Origin: an uncultured Lachnospiraceae bacterium
GTDB taxonomy: Bacteria > Bacillota > Clostridia > Lachnospirales > Lachnospiraceae
NCBI GenBank assembly: GCA_910586955.1
Contig: CAJUMM010000003.1
Coordinates: 8,553-72,552 of the forward strand
DNA: 64,000 bases
Reading direction: 5' to 3'
Positions 17,989 to 28,277 of the stretch are shown here, in pieces (the first letter of the stretch is position 1; each line of letters begins with the position of its first letter). The notes under the pieces are model-generated. The model searched no databases and was not told the origin of the DNA. It saw nothing but the letters and a program-made list of their open reading frames with translations. A program made the translations under genes and the position numbers.

Positions 17989-19485
17989 CTATACTGCCTT
18001 TCCGCTGCCTGTATATTCAATGGCAAAAAACCAGCTCTCCTCCCGGTCATGAATCTGCCATTCCTTTAAAAGTTTCATGGATTTATGTTCCCGCAGCTGT
18101 TTTTTCACAAAATTCCGGTCATGGGAGTAGAGGAACATCCTGCCGCCGTCAGCCAGCAGTTCTTCTCCCCGGTCAAACAATTTCCCGTAGAGGAAATCCA
18201 AATCATGCCCTGTAATGCTCCGGCCTTTCACCGGCATATTGGTGACAATCTCATCAAAAGGATACTGGTGGGTAAAGTCCAGGAAATCGCGATTTACATA
18301 ATGTACCGTCACCCGGGCAATCCCGGCGTTCTCCCTGGCGCCTTCAATGGCAGCTCCGTAGCGGTCCACCCCGTAAAGGGTATCTGCATGAACCCGATAA
18401 TTCCGCTCCAAAAGCATGGTTCCCACACCGCAGAAAGGATCCAGCACCCGCCCGTTCTCTTTAAGCCAGGGAGCGGCAAGCTCCATCAAAAGGGCCGCCA
18501 GATCCGGCCGGATAGATGCCGCCAAAGCATGTTTCCGGTAGGAAAAGCGCCGATCCGGCAGGGTATACAGTTTGAGCAGAGGATGAAAGCCGCCGCTCTT
18601 TGTCTCGATCAGGCGCAGCTCGATTTCATAGCCGGAAGGAGAATTTTCAAGCCTGCCCCCTGTAAGTGTCTGCAGCCTGGCCGCCAGTTTTCTCACGAAA
18701 ATCCCCCGCTGCTCCTGGGGCATGGAACTTTTGCACTCCACACGGAAAAAGAACGGTCCCTCTCCCTGATGAAAAGCTTCCAAAAGCTCCGTCAAGTTGG
18801 ATGCGGCAAGCTCTTCGGCCGCCGTCTCCGCCTTCACCTCTTCCGTATCCAGGCAGAAAAACAGTTCCCGGAAAGTGCGGATAGAAAGCAGTGCCGCCGG
18901 ATCGGCCCCCTGGACTTTCACCCCGGCTTTTAGAAATATGACTTTTCCCTGATCTATCTGCCGGGCTGTCTCTTCCCGGTAATTCCGGTGGGTAGTCAAA
19001 ATTACATCCGCCGTCCTGCCCTCTGTAAAGCCATGCCGGATGGGCTGCTCATACCTGCCGATCAAAGCGTTCAGGGCCGCCAGTTCTTCCCTGAGATGTT
19101 TCTCTGTCTCCGGCGCAGCATCCCAAGCCAGGATCTCCCTGCGCTTCCCCTTCAGCCATTCCAGGAATTCCTTCATGTCACAGCCCTGCAAAGCCGTCAG
19201 ATATGCAGTTTTCACAAAACGGGTATCCTCTTTCTCATAGGCCTTAAGAAGGATGTCCCTGGCCTTTTCCGTCCCCAGATTTCCCAGAACCAGGGCCGCA
19301 TTTTTCCGAATCTTAGGGTCCGCCTGCTTAAGGCATCCCGGCAGAAGCCCCGGTTCTTCCTCTGCCAGTTCCAAAAGCGCCTCTCTTTCCCCGGGCTCTT
19401 TCAAAGCCGCTTTCATGGAAATCAGATTCCGGCGAAGATCCTGTCCCTGCCGGATCTGTTCCCAGTATTCCCTTATCTGTGCCAT
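17989..19485 (-). CDS. SAM-dependent RNA methyltransferase (UPF0020/TrmN-like) with N-terminal HEAT repeat
   Basis: DPKIRKNAALVLG; ASIRPDLAA; VLDPFCGVGT; IVTNMP. Confidence 0.8.
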   Translation of the reverse strand: MAQIREYWEQIRQGQDLRRNLISMKAALKEPGEREALLELAEEEPGLLPGCLKQADPKIRKNAALVLGNLGTEKARDILLKAYEKEDTRFVKTAYLTALQGCDMKEFLEWLKGKRREILAWDAAPETEKHLREELAALNALIGRYEQPIRHGFTEGRTADVILTTHRNYREETARQIDQGKVIFLKAGVKVQGADPAALLSIRTFRELFFCLDTEEVKAETAAEELAASNLTELLEAFHQGEGPFFFRVECKSSMPQEQRGIFVRKLAARLQTLTGGRLENSPSGYEIELRLIETKSGGFHPLLKLYTLPDRRFSYRKHALAASIRPDLAALLMELAAPWLKENGRVLDPFCGVGTMLLERNYRVHADTLYGVDRYGAAIEGARENAGIARVTVHYVNRDFLDFTHQYPFDEIVTNMPVKGRSITGHDLDFLYGKLFDRGEELLADGGRMFLYSHDRNFVKKQLREHKSMKLLKEWQIHDREESWFFAIEYTGSGKAV

Positions 19486-19595
19486 TTCTTCCTCCGTATT
19501 TTAAAGCCTGGTCTGGCTCACATGATGAATCACAGGTTCCACTTCCCGGCCGCTCCTGCTTTTAACGGCCTGTAAAGTTAAAATTCTTCTTTTCC

Positions 19596-20444
19596 TCACC
19601 GGAGCGCCAGACAATAGCGGCATAGATTCCGCTCTTTTAAAGAAAATAACTGCTCCCTGTGAAATCCCAGCTTCTCCAGAAGCCGCAGGGATCCCAGGTT
19701 TTCGCTGTCCACATAAGCACTGACTCCCGGGAAACAGAGCACGGACCGGGCATATTCCAGCACCGCCCGGCAGGCTTCCTCCGCATATCCCTTCCTCCGG
19801 TATTTCCGGCCGATGAGATATCCCATATCCACCTCGGAGAAATCCAAATAATCCGCAATCCCAAAGCCGGCCCGGCCAATCAGCTGCCGGCTCTCTTTCT
19901 CAATCACCACCCACATGCCGAACTGATACAGACCGTACATGTAGGCGATATAGGCCCGGATCCGCTCCTCTTCCTCCTGCCGGTTCAGAGAACACTCCGG
20001 GAAAAAAACCGCCGACTCCCCCTCCCGGTAAAGTGCGTTGATCTCGTCCAAATCCGCCAGAGTCATCTCACGGATCAGGAGGCGCCTGGTCTCCGCAATC
20101 TGAACCGGAAGCCCGCAGGCCCTGGTATATACATTCTCCAGAAAAGCGCGGTCAATCTCCTGAAATCCTTCCAGAAGAATTTTGCAGGAAGACAGTTCTT
20201 CCTCCGGCAGCTCCGGGTTTAAATACCCCACACAGAACCAGCCCAGCTCCCGGGCGATTCTCTCCTCCCGGTCCCTCTCTACCAGACAGAGAATTTCCTC
20301 CGGCCCCAGGCCCAGCTCTGCAAGGGCCTCAAGGAAATTTTCCTTCCTGCGCCCAATGGTTTCTATCCAGGGAAGCCCCTCTCTGGCCAGTGTCTCTTTC
20401 AGCAGCTCCGTCCCGGAAGCCGCAATCACAAGACCTTTCAGCAT
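19596..20444 (-). CDS. GNAT (RimJ/RimL-like) N-acetyltransferase with N-terminal HAD-like fragment
   Basis: ETRRLLIRE, LIGRAG, GYLIGRKYRRKGYAEEA, NLGSLRLLEKLGF. Confidence 0.82.
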   Translation of the reverse strand: MLKGLVIAASGTELLKETLAREGLPWIETIGRRKENFLEALAELGLGPEEILCLVERDREERIARELGWFCVGYLNPELPEEELSSCKILLEGFQEIDRAFLENVYTRACGLPVQIAETRRLLIREMTLADLDEINALYREGESAVFFPECSLNRQEEEERIRAYIAYMYGLYQFGMWVVIEKESRQLIGRAGFGIADYLDFSEVDMGYLIGRKYRRKGYAEEACRAVLEYARSVLCFPGVSAYVDSENLGSLRLLEKLGFHREQLFSLKERNLCRYCLALR

Positions 20445-20528
20445 TTTATAAAAACTCCTTTACGAATCGTCCCTTTTCCGATACAATAAGAGCCGGTACA
20501 AAAAACAGAAAAAAGGAGAATCATCTAT

Positions 20529-21050
20529 ATGTCACAAAATCCTCTTGTAACCTTTGAAATGGAAAATGGTGCCCTTATCAAAGCCGAACTCTACCCTGAC
20601 CTTGCACCCAACACGGTCCGGAACTTTATCAGCCTAATCCGGAAAGGCTTCTACAATGGCCTGACCTTCCACCGGGTGATCCCCGGCTTTATGATCCAGG
20701 GCGGATGCCCGGAGGGAAACGGAATGGGCGGCCCGGGCTACACCATTCCCGGAGAATTCTCCCAGAACGGTTTTGACAATTCCTTAAAACATACACCCGG
20801 GGTCCTCTCCATGGCAAGAACTATGGTTCCGGACTCTGCAGGCTCCCAGTTCTTCATTATGCACAAGGACGCCCCTCATCTGGACGGTTCCTACGCCGCC
20901 TTCGGCAAGGTAACGGAAGGTATGGATACCGTGGATCAGATTGCTAAGACTCCTGCCGACTACCGTGACTGTCCCTTGACACCCCAGATCCTGAAATCTG
21001 TCACTGTGGAGACCTTTGGCGTGGAGTACCCGGAGCCGGAGACCCTGTAG
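20529..21050 (+). CDS. Cyclophilin-type peptidyl-prolyl cis-trans isomerase
   Basis: [44 protein letters not shown]. Confidence 0.96.
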   Translation: MSQNPLVTFEMENGALIKAELYPDLAPNTVRNFISLIRKGFYNGLTFHRVIPGFMIQGGCPEGNGMGGPGYTIPGEFSQNGFDNSLKHTPGVLSMARTMVPDSAGSQFFIMHKDAPHLDGSYAAFGKVTEGMDTVDQIAKTPADYRDCPLTPQILKSVTVETFGVEYPEPETL

Positions 21051-22368
21051 CCAGGCCCCTTTTCAGTCTTTGAAAATGCTCCCGGATCTGCCTCTCGTAT
21101 CCGTTGTCCGAGGGCTCGTAGAAAGTCTCCCCTTCAATCTCTGAAGGAAGATACTGCTGCTCCACATAATGATTGGGATAATCGTGGGCATATTTATAGC
21201 CGGTGCCGCGTCCCAGCTTCCCTGCACCTTTGTAGTGAGCATCCTGAAGGTGAGGCGGGACACTGGTTCTTTGGCTTTTCACACACTCCATGGCTTTGGC
21301 AATGGCATTTACAGCAGAATTGCTTTTGGGAGCGCTGGCCACGTAAGCAACGGCCTGGGCCAGAATAATCTGGGCCTCCGGAAATCCAATCCGCTCCACT
21401 GCCTGAGCTGCCGAAACGGCCACCGTCAAAGCCATGGGATCCGCATTTCCCACGTCCTCAGAAGCACAGATCATAATCCGCCGGGCAATAAAACGCTCAT
21501 CCTCCCCTGCATAAATCATTTTTGCCAGATAGTAAACCGCCGCATCCGGATCCGACCCCCGCATGCTTTTGATAAATGCGGAGATCGTATCATAATGGCT
21601 GTCTCCGGCCTTATCATAACGGACCACCCTTCTCTGGATACATTCGGACATCACATCCACCGTCAAATGAATCTTTCCGTCCGTACCTTTCTCCGTAGTC
21701 AGAACTCCCAGCTCCACTGCATTCAAAGCCAGCCTGGCATCTCCTCCCGACACATCCGCCAGAAAATCCAAGGCTTCCTCCGTAATCTCCGCCCCATAGG
21801 CCCCCATGCCCCGCTCCGTATCGCAGACGGCACGTGAAATCAATTCCTTAATATCCTCTTTCTCCAGAGCCTTCAGCTCAAAGATTACGGATCTGGAAAT
21901 CAAAGCCCCGTTTACCTCGAAATAGGGATTTTCCGTAGTAGCGCCAATAAGAATCAAAGTCCCGTCCTCCACAAAGGGAAGAAGGTAGTCCTGCTGGCCC
22001 TTATTAAAACGGTGAATCTCATCCACAAAGAGTATGGTCTTCCTGCCGTACATCCCCAGGTTGTCCTTAGCCTGGGCAACCACAGCCTCCATATCCTTCT
22101 TCCCCGCCACCGTGGCATTCAGCTGGGTAAAGCAGGCCCGGGTAGTATTGGCAATTACTTTTGCAATGGTGGTTTTTCCCGTTCCGGGAGGACCGTAAAA
22201 AATCAGGGAACTGAGTTTATCTGCACGGATGGCCCGGTAGAGAAGCTTGTCTTTTCCCAGAATATGCTTCTGTCCCACAATCTCGTCCAGGGTCCGGGGG
22301 CGCAGGCGGGAGGCCAGGGGCGCCTCCTGCTCCAAGGTATTTTCTCTCATATAGTCAAATAGATCCAT
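21001..22368 (-). CDS. rarA: Replication-associated recombination protein A (MgsA/RarA)
   Basis: [49 protein letters not shown]. Confidence 0.95.
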   Translation of the reverse strand: MDLFDYMRENTLEQEAPLASRLRPRTLDEIVGQKHILGKDKLLYRAIRADKLSSLIFYGPPGTGKTTIAKVIANTTRACFTQLNATVAGKKDMEAVVAQAKDNLGMYGRKTILFVDEIHRFNKGQQDYLLPFVEDGTLILIGATTENPYFEVNGALISRSVIFELKALEKEDIKELISRAVCDTERGMGAYGAEITEEALDFLADVSGGDARLALNAVELGVLTTEKGTDGKIHLTVDVMSECIQRRVVRYDKAGDSHYDTISAFIKSMRGSDPDAAVYYLAKMIYAGEDERFIARRIMICASEDVGNADPMALTVAVSAAQAVERIGFPEAQIILAQAVAYVASAPKSNSAVNAIAKAMECVKSQRTSVPPHLQDAHYKGAGKLGRGTGYKYAHDYPNHYVEQQYLPSEIEGETFYEPSDNGYERQIREHFQRLKRGLATGSPAPGTPRQRSPQ

Positions 22369-22395
22369 AAAATCCTCCCTCCGCACCTGTCGCTC

Positions 22396-23154
22396 TCACT
22401 CCAGAATCAGTTCATCCGCCGTCACAAACTCATATCCTTCCGCCTGCAGCAGATCAATAATCCGCAGAGCCGCCTCCACGGTGCTGTCATAGGAATCGTG
22501 CATTAAAATAATATCATTTTCTTCCACCGTAGACACCACTTTCTGCACAATCTGATCTGCATTTCCCGTAGTCCAGTCCAGCGTATCCACCGTCCAAAAG
22601 ATGGGAATCATGGTCACATTGCACTCCAGATCCTTATCCCAGTTGCCGAAAGGCGGCCGCACGTACTCCACCGGCTGGCCCGTAATGTCCGTAATCTGCT
22701 CACTGGTATCCAGAATCTCCCTGCAGGCTTCCTCCGGCTCCAGCTTGGTGATATCCACATGATAGTAGGTATGATTACCGATGAGATGGCCCTCTTCAGA
22801 CATACGCTTCACAATCTCTTCTTTTCCCTCAATATTCGACCCCAGAAGAAAAAAGGTAGCTTTAACCCCTCGCTCCTTCAAACCGTCCAGGAGACGCTCC
22901 GTATAAATCTTATGAGGGCCGTCGTCAAAGGTCAGGGCAATCTTCTTTGTCTCCGCAGGCTCTTTCCCTGTTTCCGGCAGCTTCTCCGCCGCTCTCCTCT
23001 CCTCTTCCGGAGTTTCTTCCACAATCCCCCTGCTCTGGGTCTCCTCCATATTTTCCCGGAACCCTGCAGCAGCCCCCACGGCCGCCAGTCCCAGAATCCC
23101 AACCAAAAGCCCCCGTTTCCACGCCGGGATACCGGATAACGCTCTCTTATCCAT
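22396..23154 (-). CDS. Polysaccharide deacetylase (CE4/NodB), membrane anchored
   Basis: IALTFDDGP, IGNHTYYH, RPPFG, DTLDW, IILMHD. Confidence 0.93.
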   Translation of the reverse strand: MDKRALSGIPAWKRGLLVGILGLAAVGAAAGFRENMEETQSRGIVEETPEEERRAAEKLPETGKEPAETKKIALTFDDGPHKIYTERLLDGLKERGVKATFFLLGSNIEGKEEIVKRMSEEGHLIGNHTYYHVDITKLEPEEACREILDTSEQITDITGQPVEYVRPPFGNWDKDLECNVTMIPIFWTVDTLDWTTGNADQIVQKVVSTVEENDIILMHDSYDSTVEAALRIIDLLQAEGYEFVTADELILE

Positions 23155-23244
23155 CCTGCTGGCTCCAAACGTGCAATCTTACTTATATATATACCTTTCT
23201 GGCTGTCCCTATGACTGGTCTTGAGGGGATAAAAAGCCGGCCGC

Positions 23245-23691
23245 CTACTGTCCCTCTTCCTCCGACTCCGGCTCCGCTTCCTCTTCCTCAAACTCCGCCC
23301 GGAATCTGCGCTTCATCTGAACTGAAAGGAAATAGATCAGAACCGGCATCAAAAAATTGTTCCCGGTTTCTGTGTCCATTTTCACAATCCAGTACAGCAG
23401 AGCTCCGATACCCACCACGTCCGCTGCAATAATCTTCATATAAGCCTGCCGTCGTACAAAGCTCATATCCTGAAGCATTCCCATGCGGTAGGGCTCCACC
23501 ACATCATTTAACAGGCTGTACCCCACCACAAAAATTCCCAGCAAAACCTCAAACACCAGGGAATTTAAATTCTTTGTCACAATGCCATAGACTGCATAAA
23601 GAACCACCACCACAGCCAGTATCAGGGTAATCCGTATGGTCTGCTTCTGTATCCTGCGTTTCTGGTGCTCATCTATTTTCTGCTTGTCCAT
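23245..23691 (-). CDS. Hypothetical four-TM membrane protein
   Basis: Four hydrophobic segments, acidic tail, AAGGAG RBS. Confidence 0.7.
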   Translation of the reverse strand: MDKQKIDEHQKRRIQKQTIRITLILAVVVVLYAVYGIVTKNLNSLVFEVLLGIFVVGYSLLNDVVEPYRMGMLQDMSFVRRQAYMKIIAADVVGIGALLYWIVKMDTETGNNFLMPVLIYFLSVQMKRRFRAEFEEEEAEPESEEEGQ

Positions 23692-23795
23692 GTTTTTGTC
23701 TCCTTTTTGTATTCTCTTCCGTCCAGTTTAGCAGAAATAAAATCTACTTGCAAGTTTTCCCGTTTTATCCAATAATATATACAGGAGGTAAAATT

Positions 23796-23969
23796 ATGAT
23801 CCCAAAAGACCCGTTCATGCTCCTGAGCTGGATTAACATGCAGCTTAGAGATTACTACCCAACCCTGGAGGAACTCTGCAAAAACTTTAACCTGGACCAA
23901 AAAGCCCTGGAAGTTACTTTGGGGGGAATCGGCTTTCAGTACGATCCCCGGACAAACAGCTTTGTGTAA
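23796..23969 (+). CDS. DUF4250 family small protein
   Basis: IPKDPFMLLSWINMQLRDYY..LEELC...GFQYD..TNSF; AGGAGG RBS. Confidence 0.85.
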   Translation: MIPKDPFMLLSWINMQLRDYYPTLEELCKNFNLDQKALEVTLGGIGFQYDPRTNSFV

Positions 23970-23971
23970 GC

Positions 23972-24283
23972 CTACTTCTCATACCGATCTGCCAATCTTT
24001 TCCAGGCGATCCCCATAATGATAATGCAGAGAACCAGTTCTCCCACAGCCGCATAGATATTGACAAAACTCAAAACCGTCATCAGAAGAGTCCCTGCGCC
24101 CAAAAACAGGATAATGATTCCGCCGCCCCGGGCATAGGCCTTTTCGTCTTTCAGAGGCTTCTTATCCCTGCCCCGTATCAGAGCGGCATCCTGGGTCACC
24201 AGAAGCCGGATTCCATAGTACATACAGACCGCAAAGATCAGCAGGGGAAGTCCTGCCTGCTGTATGATTACATCTATTTTCAT
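23972..24283 (-). CDS. Hypothetical three-TM membrane protein
   Basis: Hydrophobic segments; AAGGAG RBS. Confidence 0.7.
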   Translation of the reverse strand: MKIDVIIQQAGLPLLIFAVCMYYGIRLLVTQDAALIRGRDKKPLKDEKAYARGGGIIILFLGAGTLLMTVLSFVNIYAAVGELVLCIIIMGIAWKRLADRYEK

Positions 24284-24324
24284 TCTGCAGCTCCTTCCTT
24301 TCAGAAACCGGCCCCGGACAAGGG

Positions 24325-24375
24325 CCGGAACGAAAAGAACGGCCGGAATTCCTTCCGGCCGTTATGCTCTTTCCG
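24325..24375 (-). terminator. Hairpin after mglC
   Basis: aacggccggaa-ttcc-ttccggccgtt inverted repeat. Confidence 0.55.
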
Positions 24376-24376
24376 A

Positions 24377-25375
24377 TTATTTCTTGGCAATGTATTTTCT
24401 GATATCCAGAGAAATTGCAATGAAGATAACAACGCCGATAGCAATCCACTGTGCATTTGCATCCATGCCCAGGTACTGTAAAGCTACCTTCAAAAGCTCA
24501 AATACGGCAACACCGATGACAGCGGAGGAAACTCTTCCTCGTCCGCCGGTAACGGATACGCCTCCGATGGTACAGGCTGCAATGGCCTCCATCTCATAGC
24601 CAAGGCCCAGGGCCACGGAAGCGCCGCCTGCCTTTGCTCCCAGCATAAAACCTGCCAGGCCGTACATCATTGCCGCCTTCATGTAGATCAGGATCAAAGT
24701 CATCTTCACCGGAACACCTGCTACCTCTGCCGCCTGGGGATTTCCGCCGATGGCATACATGTATTTCCCATGGCGGGTCATATTAAAGATAAACCAGGTA
24801 ATAGCCGCCACAATCGCGGCAATCCAGATCAGGTAGCTGATCCCTAAGAAACGGCCGGTAGCAACATTGGTGTACTCGGACACATAGCCGCCCAGAGGGG
24901 TCGCATTGGTAAAGATCATGTTGATTCCCAGAATAATCTCCATCATAGCCAGGGTGGCGATGAAGGGAGGTACGCTTAAGTAGGCGATAAAGAACCCGGT
25001 GATAGAACCAAAGATTCCGCAGATAACCATAACAATCAGGACTACCAGGAATACATTCATGGGCTCCATGTTGGGGAAAAACTTACCGGAGTAATCCATA
25101 CGCTGCAGAAGCACGCCTGCGATACAGGCTCCGAAACCAATCATACGTCCTGCGGACAGGTCGCAGCCTGCGGTAATTACGCAGCCCGCAATACCCAGGG
25201 CAATAACCAGACGGGCGCTCATGTTCATCAGCGTGTTCAGAAGGTTGCCGGAGGTAAAAAAGTTATCCGCCGTAAGTCCCGTATAAAACACCAAGACAAA
25301 CATAACGATAATAACGCCGTTATTAATCAAAAAATCTGTTATTTGTTTCTTTTTTGTCTTATCCATTCTTTCCAT
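24377..25375 (-). CDS. mglC: Galactose/methyl-galactoside ABC permease
   Basis: DLSAGRMIG, VPPFIATL, YAIGGNPQAAEVAG, EAIAACTIGGVS; locus context with galK. Confidence 0.88.
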   Translation of the reverse strand: MERMDKTKKKQITDFLINNGVIIVMFVLVFYTGLTADNFFTSGNLLNTLMNMSARLVIALGIAGCVITAGCDLSAGRMIGFGACIAGVLLQRMDYSGKFFPNMEPMNVFLVVLIVMVICGIFGSITGFFIAYLSVPPFIATLAMMEIILGINMIFTNATPLGGYVSEYTNVATGRFLGISYLIWIAAIVAAITWFIFNMTRHGKYMYAIGGNPQAAEVAGVPVKMTLILIYMKAAMMYGLAGFMLGAKAGGASVALGLGYEMEAIAACTIGGVSVTGGRGRVSSAVIGVAVFELLKVALQYLGMDANAQWIAIGVVIFIAISLDIRKYIAKK

Positions 25376-25386
25376 CCTCCTTCGCT

Positions 25387-26895
25387 TTAGAACCGGGTCG
25401 CGTAGCCCATGACGCTTTCCTGATTCATTTCATGCTCTTCTGTGATCTCGCCGGTCACTTTTCCGTTGCACATAACGTAAATCCGGTCTGACATGCCCAA
25501 AAGCTCCGCCATCTCGGAAGAAATCATAATGATGGCTTTGCCCTGCTTAGCCAGCTCGTTCATAATCTCATAAATCTCATGCTTGGCGCCTACGTCAATA
25601 CCGCGGGTGGGCTCATCCATGATCAGAACGTCCGGGTCATTTGCCAGCCAGCGGGATACAATTACCTTCTGCTGGTTACCGCCGGAGAGATTGGAAATAT
25701 GTTCCTTCATACTGGGGGTTTTGATTCTCAGCTTCTGGATATTCTCTTCCACAATACCGTCGATCTTTTTATGATCCAGAACAAACCCTGCCTTCAGATA
25801 CTTATTATAAATAGATACGCCCACATTGTCTTTGATGGACAGACAGCCGAAGATTCCGTTGCCCCGGCGATCCTCGGTAATCAGCCCGATTCCCGCTTTC
25901 ATAGCGTCCATGGGACGTTTAATTTTCACTTGTTTTCCGTTTATGTAAATCTCTCCGGACTCCACGCCCCGGATACCGAAGATGCCTTCCATCAGCTCCG
26001 TTCTCTGGGCGCCTACCAGGCCGCCGAAGCCCAGGATCTCACCCTTGCGGAGGGTAAAATTAATGTGCTGGAAGGAATTGGCGTGAATGGAGCAGAGATC
26101 CTTGACCTCCATAACCACCTCCCCAGGTTCATTTCCTCTGGGGGGATACACGTTGGTCAGCTCCCGGCCTACCATCTTGGCGATAATCTCATCCGTGGTC
26201 AGCTCCTCTGCCGGCCAGGTTCCCACATAGGTTCCGTCTCTCATAATGGTGATATCATCTGCAATGCGCTTGATCTCATCCATCTTATGAGAAATGTAAA
26301 CCATGGCCACGCCTTTGTCCCGCAGATCATTCATAATACGGAACAAAGCTTCCACCTCATTGTCAGAAAGGGAGGACGTAGGCTCATCAAAGATTACCAC
26401 TTTCGCCTGCTGGGATACCGCCTTCGCAATCTCCACCGACTGCATCTGCCCCACAGACAGGCTGCCCAGAAGAGCTTTGGGGTCAAAATCCATTTTAACC
26501 TCTTTCAGCCATTTCTCCGTTTCCGCATACATCGTCTTGTGGTCAATCACCTGCAGGGGACCGTACTTCTTCACCGGGAATCTTCCCAGATACAGATTTT
26601 CCCCCACGCTTCTCGCCGGCACCGGCTGCAGCTCCTGATGCACCATGGCGATTCCATACTTCATGGCTTCATCCGGATTGCCCACCTCGATCTTCTGCCC
26701 ATCGAGAAATATTTCTCCCTCATCCATGCGGTAGATGCCGAAGAGACATTTCATCAGAGTGGACTTGCCTGCACCGTTTTCCCCCATCAGTGCATGTACC
26801 GTACCGGGACGCAGTGACAACTGTACATTGTCAAGGGCCTTAACGCCCGGGAATGATTTGCAGATTCCCTTTAGCTCCAGTTTATACTCAGCCAT
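25387..26895 (-). CDS. mglA: Sugar ABC transporter ATP-binding protein (two NBDs)
   Basis: GENGAGKSTLMK, LSGGNQQKV, DEPTRGIDVGAK. Confidence 0.92.
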   Translation of the reverse strand: MAEYKLELKGICKSFPGVKALDNVQLSLRPGTVHALMGENGAGKSTLMKCLFGIYRMDEGEIFLDGQKIEVGNPDEAMKYGIAMVHQELQPVPARSVGENLYLGRFPVKKYGPLQVIDHKTMYAETEKWLKEVKMDFDPKALLGSLSVGQMQSVEIAKAVSQQAKVVIFDEPTSSLSDNEVEALFRIMNDLRDKGVAMVYISHKMDEIKRIADDITIMRDGTYVGTWPAEELTTDEIIAKMVGRELTNVYPPRGNEPGEVVMEVKDLCSIHANSFQHINFTLRKGEILGFGGLVGAQRTELMEGIFGIRGVESGEIYINGKQVKIKRPMDAMKAGIGLITEDRRGNGIFGCLSIKDNVGVSIYNKYLKAGFVLDHKKIDGIVEENIQKLRIKTPSMKEHISNLSGGNQQKVIVSRWLANDPDVLIMDEPTRGIDVGAKHEIYEIMNELAKQGKAIIMISSEMAELLGMSDRIYVMCNGKVTGEITEEHEMNQESVMGYATRF

Positions 26896-26977
26896 TCTGC
26901 TCCTCCTTCTGTTTTTTATCTATTCATACAGATCGAAATCTGTTATAGTCAAACTTCACGATTTTCTAATCATTATG

Positions 26978-27015
26978 AAAAGTGCGGGTGCCGTTTTCCA
27001 ACACCCGCACCGTTT
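26978..27015 (-). terminator. Intercistronic hairpin after mglB
   Basis: gtgcgggtg...cacccgcac with a T-run on the minus strand. Confidence 0.55.
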
Positions 27016-27039
27016 CGTACCTCTACGGATTAGTCTTTA

Positions 27040-28140
27040 TTATTTTACCATGTCAAGAACTTCCTGAGCATTGTCCTTGGTTACCTTTACGTAATCGCAG
27101 CTAATCTTATGCTCGTTGCCAGCGCCTGTCAGATAATTTACGGCTGCATCAGCCGCATTGTGAGACTGTGAGAAGTGATCGTTGAATACGGTACCGGTCA
27201 TGGTTCCCGCAATAACATCCTCCAGAGCCTCGGACAGCGCGTCAACGCCTACCAGGAAGATATCCTCGCCTACTTTACGGCCTGCAGCGTCGATTGCCTG
27301 CAGAGCGCCAAGTGCCATAGCGTCGTTGTTGCAGAATACAACTTCAATGTCGGTGGTGAACTGTCCCAGTGCATTGGCTACCAGAGTCTGGGCCTCTACC
27401 TGCTGCCAGTTTCCTACCTGGTTGAACAGCTCGTTCACTTCCAGGCCTGCATCTTCCAGAGCCTTTACAGAGAACTCGGTACGATACTGGGCATCGATGT
27501 TCTCCGGGTCACCCTGAATCATGATGTAGTCAATCTTGCCGTTGCCGTTCTTGTCGATGGTCTCCAGGCCCAGGTCAGCGATAAGCTCGCCCTGCATGGT
27601 TCCGGACTGACGTGCATCACATCCAACGTAGGTAACGTTCCAATCGTTGTCTGCCCATCTCTTCTGCTCAGCCTCATCCGGCTCACGGTTGATGTAAACC
27701 AGCGGAATATTAGCGCCTACTACCTTGTCGGTAATGGTCTCTGCGGAAGAAGAGTTTACAGGGTTGATAATCAGAACGTCAACGCCCTGCTGAATGAAAC
27801 GGTCGATCTGATCGGACTGGGTTGCCTGGTCATTCTGGCCGTCTACGATGGTGATGTTCTCTTTGACAAAGCCAAGGCTGATCAGGTAATTCTCCAGCTC
27901 CGTACGGAACAGAGTCATGAAGTTATCGGAGAACTGGTAAATACAAACGCCGACTTTCTTGTCTGCGAAATCTCCGGCTGCTTCTTCCGGTGCTTCTGCG
28001 GGCTCCTCTGCCGGTGTCTCAGCAGGCGCCTCAGTCTCTGCCGGAGCAGTTGCGGGCTCTTCTGCCTTCTTGCCGCAGCCTGCCAGCAGGGTAGCTACCA
28101 TTGCTGCGCTCAACAGTGCAGCTAAAACTTTCTTTTTCAT
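27040..28140 (-). CDS. mglB: Galactose/glucose-binding lipoprotein
   Basis: Lipobox LAGC; YQFSDNFM, DGQNDQATQ, NREP, DKNGNGKI Ca-loop, CNNDAMALG, GTVFND. Confidence 0.9.
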   Translation of the reverse strand: MKKKVLAALLSAAMVATLLAGCGKKAEEPATAPAETEAPAETPAEEPAEAPEEAAGDFADKKVGVCIYQFSDNFMTLFRTELENYLISLGFVKENITIVDGQNDQATQSDQIDRFIQQGVDVLIINPVNSSSAETITDKVVGANIPLVYINREPDEAEQKRWADNDWNVTYVGCDARQSGTMQGELIADLGLETIDKNGNGKIDYIMIQGDPENIDAQYRTEFSVKALEDAGLEVNELFNQVGNWQQVEAQTLVANALGQFTTDIEVVFCNNDAMALGALQAIDAAGRKVGEDIFLVGVDALSEALEDVIAGTMTGTVFNDHFSQSHNAADAAVNYLTGAGNEHKISCDYVKVTKDNAQEVLDMVK

Positions 28141-28277
28141 AATGAAAAGATCCTCCCTTGATTATTTTTTACAGGATTTCCTGCACCTATTAGTATAGCA
28201 TAAAAATCGGAGATTTCCATGTAAAATTTTATTCTTTTTGTACAAATTTTTACACTAAAATTTTACAATCTCCTCTG

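Noticed and set aside
27975..28070. Ala/Pro/Glu repeats in mglB (and 36380-36480 in the amino-acid binding protein)
   Set aside because: These are ordinary low-complexity lipoprotein linkers after the lipobox.
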